A stretch of 43,860 nt of DNA from Chthoniobacteraceae bacterium (GCA_031409655.1 JANNXQ010000095.1:1-43860), one strand, 5' to 3'; shown: positions 29,160-36,797, numbered from the stretch's first letter. Program-made: numbers and translations. Notes: generated from the letters alone by a model not told the origin.

Positions 29160-31034
29160 TCAGTCGTTTGCCGTCGGGTAAAATTCCGCGATCTTCGCTA
29201 CGAATTCGTCGATGAAGACCTGCATGTCGCTGATCGCGTCCTTGATCCGTGAGCTAATGTAGCTGTAGGCAAAAAGCGCGGGGATCGCGACGACCAGACC
29301 TGCGACGGTGGCGAGCAGCGCTCCGGCGATACCAGGAGCGATGGAGTTCACCTCGACCTCGCCGGATTTTGCGATGACGGCGAAGGTGATCATCACGCCG
29401 ATGACCGTGCCGAGCAGCCCGAGATACGGGCCGCCGGCGATGCCGATCGTGAGGAAGACGAGGTTACTATTGAGGCGCTGAATTTCGCGCACGAGACCGC
29501 CATCAAGGGTTGTCTTAATCGCCGCGATGGAGCGACCGGAGAGGCCCGTGAAGCCCTCGCGCGCATTGTCGAGTCGATGCCGGATCTCCACTGAGCCGAT
29601 GTGATAGATGTGGTAGAGCGGCGATTGGCGCATGAGTTTCATGGCCTTGCTGTTGGCCGTCCCGCCCATGCTCTTGATGCTTTCTTCGTCGCTGTGGTCC
29701 AGCGCGGTGAGGTCGCTGGAGAGATGTTCCCACTGCTTGAGGAAAGCGGTGGTGGCTTTGCTGACCTTGTTCAAGTAAAGGAACTTTGCGATCGCCACAC
29801 CCCAGCCGATGACGGCGAGGATCGCACAAAGGACGATGACGACCCAGCCGTCGAAGGTGAGCGACTTCGAGATGTCTTTGATGAGGGTGAGATGTTCCGC
29901 GAGCTCACCCTGGCCGCCGTGGCCACCGCCGCCCTCGGCGGTTTCATCGTCGGCGAAGGTGAGTAACTTCGCCGCCTTATCCGCATTGCCCTGAGTGACG
30001 GCGCTAAGTTTGAGCCAGCCTGGTGGGCGCATGGCCTTGGAGATTTGTAACTCGTCCAACTCGCCCACGAACCCAACTCGATCGCCGACGGTGACGGTGT
30101 CTTTCCCGAGCGACGACGGGCTGTTCAGCGCGGGCAGGACGGTATTGGCCGTCGCGTAGCGCTCGCCATCGAGTGAAACGACGATCTGCGCTCCGGTCGC
30201 GACGACGGCGAGATGCCGCCAGGCATTGATTTCGAGGGGCTCGCCGGCATTGGAGCGCTGCGTGCCCGCGGCGCCGATCGCCTCCACGAATGGGACGCCA
30301 TTATCCACCCCGATGATCAAGCCACGGTCCCCATCGCGCCGACTAAAGAGGATCCCGCCAGGCTGCAGCGCCGTGGGTTTGATCCAGGCGGACCACGTCA
30401 GCGCACTGCCTTCCGTCCAGGCCAGCGAAGGCGACCCGGGAATCGTCACCCCGGTGGCGCCGGTCAGGCGCAGGCCGCCGGCGATCAGGGAGCCCGTGGC
30501 CGGTGTGCCTGGACCTTCCGCACTATTTCCCCCGGATGAAGAATCCACCGGAGCGCCAGTTTCGGAGAAGTGATAGACGAGCGCCGTATCCGCGTCGTAG
30601 GTGCCTTTGGGATCATTGGCGGGTTCGGCGTTCGCGTTTCCGTAGTAGAGCCAGAAAGTCGTCTGCGCGCCGGGAGCCACGTCCGGCACTTTTACCCACG
30701 CATAGGCCTCGTAGAGCAGCGAGTCGAAGCGCTCGAGGTGATACTTGAGGACGGTCTTGTCGTCGGCTGCGATGAAGCGGATGTCGCCCCCATCTTCCTT
30801 GGCCGAGCCAAACTGAAAATTGCCGTCGAAGAGCCGGACGAGCACCACACTGGTACCCACGGGATCGGTGATGGCGCCGCCTGCGGGCGTGGTGTCAGCG
30901 GTGACTTTCTTCCGGATCGTCCACTCGGGATTCCACCACGCCTGGGCATTCCCACAGATGCTCAGGAAAGCCAGGACCGCGACGAAAATCCGGGCCGGAG
31001 CGAGCGCTAGAAGTGGGAACGAGGATCTGGTCAT
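29160..31034 (-). CDS. DUF2341 + LamG-like + MotA/TolQ/ExbB proton-channel fusion
   Basis: N-terminal WWNPEW..RK...DIRF...WVKVP...LYYGN (DUF2341); WSAWIKP...WRHLAVV...GELDELQI (LamG); GPYLGLLGTVIGVM and IAPGIAGALLATVAGL (ExbB). Confidence 0.92.
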   Translation of the reverse strand: MTRSSFPLLALAPARIFVAVLAFLSICGNAQAWWNPEWTIRKKVTADTTPAGGAITDPVGTSVVLVRLFDGNFQFGSAKEDGGDIRFIAADDKTVLKYHLERFDSLLYEAYAWVKVPDVAPGAQTTFWLYYGNANAEPANDPKGTYDADTALVYHFSETGAPVDSSSGGNSAEGPGTPATGSLIAGGLRLTGATGVTIPGSPSLAWTEGSALTWSAWIKPTALQPGGILFSRRDGDRGLIIGVDNGVPFVEAIGAAGTQRSNAGEPLEINAWRHLAVVATGAQIVVSLDGERYATANTVLPALNSPSSLGKDTVTVGDRVGFVGELDELQISKAMRPPGWLKLSAVTQGNADKAAKLLTFADDETAEGGGGHGGQGELAEHLTLIKDISKSLTFDGWVVIVLCAILAVIGWGVAIAKFLYLNKVSKATTAFLKQWEHLSSDLTALDHSDEESIKSMGGTANSKAMKLMRQSPLYHIYHIGSVEIRHRLDNAREGFTGLSGRSIAAIKTTLDGGLVREIQRLNSNLVFLTIGIAGGPYLGLLGTVIGVMITFAVIAKSGEVEVNSIAPGIAGALLATVAGLVVAIPALFAYSYISSRIKDAISDMQVFIDEFVAKIAEFYPTAND

Positions 31035-31095
31035 GCGTGGTGAATCGGGCAGAGCCTAATGAGCCTCGCGTTCAAGACGGAACGATGGCGGGAGT

Positions 31096-31113
31096 GTTAA
31101 GATTGGGTGACTA
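31096..31113 (-). promoter_or_regulatory. Pho-box-like repeat upstream of the exbB fusion gene
   Basis: Minus strand TAGTCAC-CCAA-TCTTAAC, 11-bp period, about 60 nt upstream of ATG 31034. Confidence 0.35.
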
Positions 31114-31127
31114 AGCGCCGCTCGCGC

Positions 31128-32771
31128 CTAGAAATCCGCCCACAAACGGAAGGTCACGAGGACATCGTGGGCGTCCGAGGATCCCGCGCTCGTGAGCGGC
31201 ACGCCGGCGTCGAGCGAGCCGTTGAAATGCTCGCGGAATTGAATGCGGCTGCCGAGCCCGACGCTCGCTAGCTCAAAGCGATCCTCCTGCTCCGGCAACG
31301 ACTCGCGGAGCGCGAGCGCCCCGAGATCCGCAAAGGCATAGAAACGCCATTCGCCGTTCTTTTCACTGAGCAAGGAAGGGCTGCGCAGCTCGAGCGAACC
31401 GAAGAGGCCATTGTCGCCGAGCGCCGCGGATTCGAGATAACCTCGGGCTGTGCCCAGTCCGCCGCCGGCAAACTGCTCGCTGTTGATCAGCGGCTGATTT
31501 GCGATCTGCCCCTGCAACTTGCCGAACAGCTCGAATCCCTTTGGCAGGTCGCGAGTGTGCGCAAGGTCGCTGCGGAAGTGGACGAAGTTCCCATCGGCGC
31601 GGAAGCGTTTCGCTTCGAACTCCACCGAGTCGCTGCCGGTCCCGCGGAAGCCGAGGGTCAGATTTGCGCCGAGTTCCGTGGTCATTTTCTTCCCGGCCCA
31701 AGTGGCATTGTACCCGAGGCTGAATGGGTAATAGGTGATCGGCGTCTGGGTGATCGCGCCGGCCAGATTTACATCTTCAGCAAAGTGCTTGTAGTCGAGG
31801 CCCAGGCTCAGGGTGTGGTAAAACGCGTCTCGGGCGGGCAGCGCGATCAAAGCGCGGGCGCCGATGATCTCCCCGCGTCCCGCGACCGCCGCGCCCCCGA
31901 GTGTGGAGACGTTGCTGTCCTGCTTGGTCCCGGACACGATGACGCTGAGCGCGGGAATGTTTTCGAACCGCGCGAGGTAGTAACCGGAGAAGACCTTCGC
32001 ATCGTCGAGGCGCTCGGGCGCGAGTTGAAAGCTCAAACCCAGGGAATGTCCCCGCTGCCACAGGTTCGAATAGCTGATCGATCCATTGACCCGCAGGGCC
32101 GTCGTATCGGCGCTGTAGCGGTTGTTGATTTCGAGGCTCCCATGGAGCGGCAGCGTGTCCTTGACGGTCAGATCGATATCGACGGTCCCCGGCTCCACTC
32201 CCGCCCGCAATTCTGGCGTGACCTTGAGATCGGGATGCTGATTGAGCTTCACGATATCCCGCGTGATGTCGTTGAAGTTCGGCACATTCCCCGGGGCGAG
32301 CGAGGGTGCGCGGCGTTTGATCTCGGCCAGCGAAAAGTAGCGCGATCCTTTCACCCGCAACTGCCCCACCGTCGCCTCCACCACCTGCAGCAGCACCACC
32401 CCGCGCCGCATCTGCTGCGGCGGCACCTGCACCGAGACGGTCTGGAAACCCTTCTCCTTATAGGCAGCCTCCAGCGCCGCTCGCGCCTGCTCGACATCCG
32501 CCTCCGTCCGCCCTGGCCCGAGGAAAGGATAGACGGCCTCGCCGATCTCGATCTCGGACAGCTTCTTCGTCCCGATCACCCGATACTCGCTGATATAAAC
32601 ACCGCGCATGGCTCGCGTCACCTCGTCCTCGACTGGTTTTGAGGCCGCGGGAGGACCCTCCGCCGCGAAAAGCGGTGCCTGAACCAGGAGCACGGCGGCC
32701 AGCGGCAGCCCCGCCCACAGGCAACGGCGGCGACTCCCGAAAGGGTCGCGACGTTTCACTTTGAAAGACAT
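31128..32771 (-). CDS. TpsB (ShlB/FhaC/HecB family) two-partner secretion transporter
   Basis: POTRA motifs (ALEAAYKEKGF, VEATVGQLRVKGSRY), loop-6 motif ARGYLE, C-terminal Phe. Start ATG 32771 gives a signal peptide. Confidence 0.93.
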   Translation of the reverse strand: MSFKVKRRDPFGSRRRCLWAGLPLAAVLLVQAPLFAAEGPPAASKPVEDEVTRAMRGVYISEYRVIGTKKLSEIEIGEAVYPFLGPGRTEADVEQARAALEAAYKEKGFQTVSVQVPPQQMRRGVVLLQVVEATVGQLRVKGSRYFSLAEIKRRAPSLAPGNVPNFNDITRDIVKLNQHPDLKVTPELRAGVEPGTVDIDLTVKDTLPLHGSLEINNRYSADTTALRVNGSISYSNLWQRGHSLGLSFQLAPERLDDAKVFSGYYLARFENIPALSVIVSGTKQDSNVSTLGGAAVAGRGEIIGARALIALPARDAFYHTLSLGLDYKHFAEDVNLAGAITQTPITYYPFSLGYNATWAGKKMTTELGANLTLGFRGTGSDSVEFEAKRFRADGNFVHFRSDLAHTRDLPKGFELFGKLQGQIANQPLINSEQFAGGGLGTARGYLESAALGDNGLFGSLELRSPSLLSEKNGEWRFYAFADLGALALRESLPEQEDRFELASVGLGSRIQFREHFNGSLDAGVPLTSAGSSDAHDVLVTFRLWADF

Positions 32772-32833
32772 GGCTGTGCTGATTTCACCAGCGCCCTTCG
32801 TCTCGCGCTCGCGGCGTGCGGGCAAGCCCGGCA

Positions 32834-32852
32834 CTGTCACAATCCTGTGACA
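32834..32852. promoter_or_regulatory. Palindromic Pho-box-like operator upstream of tpsB
   Basis: TGTCACA-ATCC-TGTGACA is a perfect inverted repeat and also GTCAC-N6-GTGAC on both strands; about 63 nt upstream of tpsB. Confidence 0.6.
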
Positions 32853-32896
32853 CAGAGGGGCAGGCGGCTGGGCGCCGCGCGGGGGAAGAAACGAAG

Positions 32897-32924
32897 TTGA
32901 CAGGCGGAGGCGAATCCCTACCTT
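32897..32924 (+). promoter_or_regulatory. Probable sigma70 promoter for rplA
   Basis: TTGACA-16 nt-TACCTT. Confidence 0.5.
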
Positions 32925-32985
32925 CCGCGTCCCGCTCGCCTCCGCGTTTTCGCGGCGGCGGGCCTTTTTAACCTCCAACCCAACC

Positions 32986-33026
32986 GCAGGAGAGCCCGGT
33001 AAAAACTCCGGATTCGCCAAGACTGC
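32986..33026 (+). promoter_or_regulatory. L1-binding autoregulatory mRNA leader
   Basis: GCAG-GAG-[AGCCCGG..CCGGATTC]-GCCAAGA-CTGC asymmetric internal loop resembling the L1 site of 23S rRNA, 8 nt before the rplA ATG. Confidence 0.65.
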
Positions 33027-33034
33027 AACCGATC

Positions 33035-33736
33035 ATGCAAAAGAAAACCAGCAAGCGCTTCCGCGCCGCCGCCGAAAAGGTGGATGTCAAAAAGACCTAC
33101 GGACTTTCCGAGGCCATCGCCGTGCTCAAGTCGATGCCGGCCCCCAAGTTCGACCAGACCGTGACCCTTTCGATCCGGCTCGGAGTGGACCCCAAACAGA
33201 GCGACCAGATGGTCCGCGGCACCTGCCCGCTGCCCAATGGTTCCGGCAAGAGCGTCCGGGTGCTCGTCTTCGCCGAAGGTGCTTCGGCCCAGGCCGCGCG
33301 GGACGCCGGCGCGGAATTCGTCGGCTATAAGGACATGGTCGAAAAGTGTCAGCAAGGCTTCCAAGCCTTCGATGTCGCCGTCTCCACTCCCGGCTGCATG
33401 GCCGAGGTGCGCAAGCTCGGTAAAGTGCTCGGACCTCGCGGCCTGATGCCGAATCCGAAGACCGGCACCGTGACCGACGACACCGCGAAAGCCGTGCGCG
33501 AAGTCAAGGCGGGCCGCGTCGAATTCAAGCTCGATAAGAACGGCAACGTCGCCATTCCCGTCGGCAAATTTTCCTTCACTCCAGAGGCGCTCATCGAGAA
33601 TGGCTCCGCCGTGCTCGACGCCGTGGTCAAAGCCCGTCCGGCCACGGCCAAGGGCGCCTTCGTCGAAAACGTCACCCTGAGCGCCACCATGCTGCCAGGG
33701 GTGAAAGTCGATGCCTCCAGTTTCATCAAGAACTGA
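33035..33736 (+). CDS. rplA: 50S ribosomal protein L1
   Basis: KFDQTV...LGVDPK.SDQMVRG...LGPRGLMPNPKTGTVT. Confidence 0.99.
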   Translation: MQKKTSKRFRAAAEKVDVKKTYGLSEAIAVLKSMPAPKFDQTVTLSIRLGVDPKQSDQMVRGTCPLPNGSGKSVRVLVFAEGASAQAARDAGAEFVGYKDMVEKCQQGFQAFDVAVSTPGCMAEVRKLGKVLGPRGLMPNPKTGTVTDDTAKAVREVKAGRVEFKLDKNGNVAIPVGKFSFTPEALIENGSAVLDAVVKARPATAKGAFVENVTLSATMLPGVKVDASSFIKN

Positions 33737-33777
33737 TCGGGCCGCCCAGCACTGATACTCTTTAACTCTTACTCTTC

Positions 33778-34425
33778 ATGCATCCCGATAAAGCGACCAT
33801 CGTCGAAGACTTGCAGTCGAAGCTGAACGCCTCGCCGTTCCTCTTTGTGGCTGATTACACCGGTCTGAAAGTCGATCAATTTGCCGAGCTTCGTAACCGG
33901 CTCTGGAACGCTGGCGCCCGCTGCCACGTCGTCAAAAACACCTTCCTCCGCCGCGCCGCCAAGGCTGTCGGTCTGCCGGAACTCAGTGAACTCAAGGGCC
34001 AGACGGCCATCGTCGTCGGCGAAAAAGACGTGGCGGCTGCTGCCAAGGTTCTCAAGAACTTCACGGCGGAGTTCAAGAAGCCCGAGATAAAGACAGGCGT
34101 CGTCGATCGCATCGTCGTCTCGAAGGAGCAGATCGCCACCATCGCCGATCTTCCTTCCCGCGAAGTCCTGCTCGGCACCCTCCTCGGCGTGCTCAATGCC
34201 CCGGCTTCGAAGCTGGTCCGCGTGCTCAACGAACCCGCCTCCTCCCTGGCCCGCCTGCTCAAGGCCAAGGCAGAAAAGGACGAAGCGTCCGCCGGTCCCG
34301 CTGCCCCAGTCGCGGCCGCCGCCCCGGCGGTGGAAGAAGCCGCTCCTGCGGCCGAAGCTCCTGCGGCTCCCGAAGCCTCTGTCGCACCGGAAGCCCCCGC
34401 CGCGCCCGAAGCACCCTCGGCCTAA
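33778..34425 (+). CDS. rplJ: 50S ribosomal protein L10 with Ala/Pro/Glu-rich tail
   Basis: DYTGLKV...LR..L...VVKNT...LPSREVLLG. Confidence 0.98.
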   Translation: MHPDKATIVEDLQSKLNASPFLFVADYTGLKVDQFAELRNRLWNAGARCHVVKNTFLRRAAKAVGLPELSELKGQTAIVVGEKDVAAAAKVLKNFTAEFKKPEIKTGVVDRIVVSKEQIATIADLPSREVLLGTLLGVLNAPASKLVRVLNEPASSLARLLKAKAEKDEASAGPAAPVAAAAPAVEEAAPAAEAPAAPEASVAPEAPAAPEAPSA

Positions 34426-34577
34426 ACTTTCCTGGCTGGCGAAAGCTGGCCGCGAGACTCGGGCGCCGCAATTCGGTGTCCGTGACTTAAACAACCAACA
34501 AATGGTTCCTCGTCGGGCCGGCGGCTGCCGGTCTGAAACCGCCCGGAGCTCCGGGTGACGACGATACCGCAAAAAAA

Positions 34578-34663
34578 GGATGAGGGACGAAGAATGAAGA
34601 ATGAGGGAGCGGCGCGAGTGCGCCTGTCTTCTTCCGCCTTCCGCCTTCCGCCTTCCGCCTTCT
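34578..34663. repeat. Two facing heptamer tandem arrays
   Basis: GGATGAG-GGACGAA-GAATGAA-GAATGAG (34578-34605), then about 4.5 copies of CCTTCCG (34631-34663), around the hairpin GGCGC-GAGT-GCGCC. Confidence 0.8.
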
Positions 34664-34669
34664 GAACAT

Positions 34670-35050
34670 ATGGCAGATACATCCGCACTCGTAGAACAAC
34701 TCAGCGGACTTACCGTTCTGGAAGTCTCTGAACTCGTGAAAGAACTCGAAACCAAGTGGGGCGTCAGCGCCGCCGCTCCGGTGGCCGTCGCGGCCGCTGG
34801 TGGTGGAGCCGCAGCCGCCGCTCCGGTTGAAGAGAAGACCGCCTTCGACGTCGTCCTCAAGGAAGCCGGCGGAAACAAGATCGCGGTCATCAAGGAAGTC
34901 CGCGCTTGCGTCCCTGGGCTCGGCCTCGCCGAAGCCAAGGCGCTCGTCGAGGGCGCTCCGAAGGCGCTGAAGGAAGGCATCACGAAGGAAGAAGCCGAAG
35001 AGATCAAAAAGAAGATCGAAGCGGCTGGAGCCAAGGTCGAAATCAAGTAA
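34670..35050 (+). CDS. rplL: 50S ribosomal protein L7/L12
   Basis: [24 protein letters not shown]...KIAVIKEVR...[11 protein letters not shown]. True start ATG 34670. Confidence 0.99.
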   Translation: MADTSALVEQLSGLTVLEVSELVKELETKWGVSAAAPVAVAAAGGGAAAAAPVEEKTAFDVVLKEAGGNKIAVIKEVRACVPGLGLAEAKALVEGAPKALKEGITKEEAEEIKKKIEAAGAKVEIK

Positions 35051-35090
35051 GGATCTCCGTGATCCTGCGCGAGACGTTCTCGCGCTTTTG

Positions 35091-35134
35091 CAAATCGCCG
35101 TCCGCGCCTCGTGCCGGGCGGCGATTTGTTTTTT
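35091..35134 (+). terminator. Intrinsic terminator after rplL
   Basis: CAAATCGCCGTCCG...CGGGCGGCGATTTG followed by TTTTTT. Confidence 0.8.
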
Positions 35135-35183
35135 GGCAGCCGATGGCGGGAGCGTGTTGGTGAACGATTCCGCGCTGAAGCGC

Positions 35184-35247
35184 CCAAGGAGCAGGGGCGC
35201 CCTCGCCCCGAGGAGCTACTGGGGGCGAGGGCGCCCCGGCTCCTTGG
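35184..35247. repeat. REP-like inverted doublet
   Basis: CCAAGGAGCAGGGGCGCCCTCGCCCC and its near-perfect inverse (1 mismatch in 26 nt); each arm is itself GGAG + hairpin GGGGCG-CCCT-CGCCCC. Confidence 0.7.
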
Positions 35248-35317
35248 AGGCAGCGTCCTAAAACATTCCCGAGCGAGGTTTTCAAAGCCGATCCGGCTGG
35301 ATATAAACCTGCACTCG

Positions 35318-36766
35318 ATGCCAACTCTCCGAGTTTCAATGACGGTGGACGCTTTTCTTTCCGACAGTGGGCGGCGCTGGCTCGAGACAGAGGTGCTGCC
35401 TGGGTACATCCAGAGCAGTCGCTGGTTTGGCGGAAAGGCCCGGCAACTACAAAGGGTCGAACTGACCGAAGTCATCGCCTTCGATTGCGGGGCCTGCCTT
35501 GCTCTGGCGAAGGTGCACTATCCCAGCGGCCCGCCAGAGACTTACCAGTTGCCGCTCCTCCACTGCGCGCGCGACTTGGGAACATCGGTACTCGCGGAAA
35601 ATCCCGGTGCCCTGGTCGCTGAAACCGGGGATAACGTCCTGCTCGATGCGCTCTTCTTCGCGGGCTTCCGGGCCGAACTCTGGCAGAAAATCTCCGGGGG
35701 GAACGAAGCAGCGCCGGAGTCGCGGGTGCTCTCGGTGGAACAGAGTAACTCGTCGTTGCTCTACGGAGAGAAGGTCTTCGTCAAAGTCTTCCGCCGGATC
35801 CAGGCAGGCGTGAACCCCGACGCGGAGGTCCTCCGCTTTCTTACGGAAGAACGGAAGTTCCCGCAGGTGCCGCGTTTCGTGGGGGCATTGGAGTGGCCGG
35901 TCGCCAGCGGAGAGCGGGCGTTACTGGCCGTCGCCATCGCCGCAGTTCCCAATCGCGGCGACGCCTGGACCTTTGCCCTCGCAGAGGTGGCGCAATTTTA
36001 TGCGCGCGCGGGCCACGGCGAACTCCTCGACGTCGCCCACATCCGAGCGACCGTGGGCGAACAACTCCTCGGCCGAATTGCCCAACTCGGCAGACGCACT
36101 GGCGAATTGCACGTCGCGCTCGCTGGCTCCACCGCGAATCCTGACTTTGCGCCGGAGCCTCTCACGGCTTCCGACTTCGTAGGGCTCCAGCAATGTGTGC
36201 TCAGCCTCTGGGCTGACGTCACGGCGTCCGCGCCAGCCGCACCCGCCGCCGCCCTCGCCGCCGCGACCCCGCTGATCACCAAGCGCGCTCAGGAATTCAC
36301 CGTCCGCCCAGTCGCCGCCACGAAGGTTCGCACCCACGGAGACTATCACCTCGGTCAGGTGCTCGAGACAGGCGATGACTTTGTGATCATCGACTTTGAG
36401 GGTGAACCCGCCCGCTCGATCGCGGAACGTCGGTGCAAGCAATCGCCGCTCCGCGATGTGGCCGGCATGTTGCGCTCCTTGCACTATGCCGCGCACGCTG
36501 CGTGTCCTGATGACTCCGATGAAACAAAAGCCTGGGCGGAAGCCTGGACCGATTTTACCAACCGCGTCTTTCTCGACGCCTGGCTTGAGGCCACTGCGGG
36601 GGCCTCATTCCGCCCGGCGCTGGAAGTCGATCTGTGGTTCCTCCTCGAAGCCTTTCTTCTCGAAAAGGCGATCTACGAAATTCGTTACGAACTCAACAAC
36701 CGTCCGACCTGGCTGCCCATCCCCTTGAGCGGCTTGTGGCGGGTGCTCGGTCGCGCCGCCGCCTGA
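35318..36766 (+). CDS. Putative maltokinase (Mak/Pep2, aminoglycoside-phosphotransferase fold)
   Basis: RWFGGKAR, EQSNSS, HGDYHLGQVL, IDFEGEP, SPLRDVAGMLRS, EKAIYEIRYELNNRPTW. Start 35318 or 35339. Confidence 0.9.
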   Translation: MPTLRVSMTVDAFLSDSGRRWLETEVLPGYIQSSRWFGGKARQLQRVELTEVIAFDCGACLALAKVHYPSGPPETYQLPLLHCARDLGTSVLAENPGALVAETGDNVLLDALFFAGFRAELWQKISGGNEAAPESRVLSVEQSNSSLLYGEKVFVKVFRRIQAGVNPDAEVLRFLTEERKFPQVPRFVGALEWPVASGERALLAVAIAAVPNRGDAWTFALAEVAQFYARAGHGELLDVAHIRATVGEQLLGRIAQLGRRTGELHVALAGSTANPDFAPEPLTASDFVGLQQCVLSLWADVTASAPAAPAAALAAATPLITKRAQEFTVRPVAATKVRTHGDYHLGQVLETGDDFVIIDFEGEPARSIAERRCKQSPLRDVAGMLRSLHYAAHAACPDDSDETKAWAEAWTDFTNRVFLDAWLEATAGASFRPALEVDLWFLLEAFLLEKAIYEIRYELNNRPTWLPIPLSGLWRVLGRAAA

Positions 36767-36797
36767 GCAGAAAAGGGCACGACTTTTGGCCGATGCC

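Noticed and set aside
32772..33020. 83-aa N-terminal extension of TpsB in the ORF track
   Set aside because: It would cover the operator, rplA promoter and L1 leader; ATG 32771 gives a proper signal peptide.
34578..34663. Repeats as a CRISPR array
   Set aside because: 7-bp tandem units without spacers; no cas genes and no CRISPR array seen anywhere in the window.
35111..35317. Upstream GTG start for the maltokinase
   Set aside because: It runs through the rplL terminator and the REP doublet.
33769..35475. 568-aa minus-strand ORF across rplJ-rplL
   Set aside because: Antisense to highly conserved ribosomal genes; translation is low-complexity and includes the heptamer repeats.
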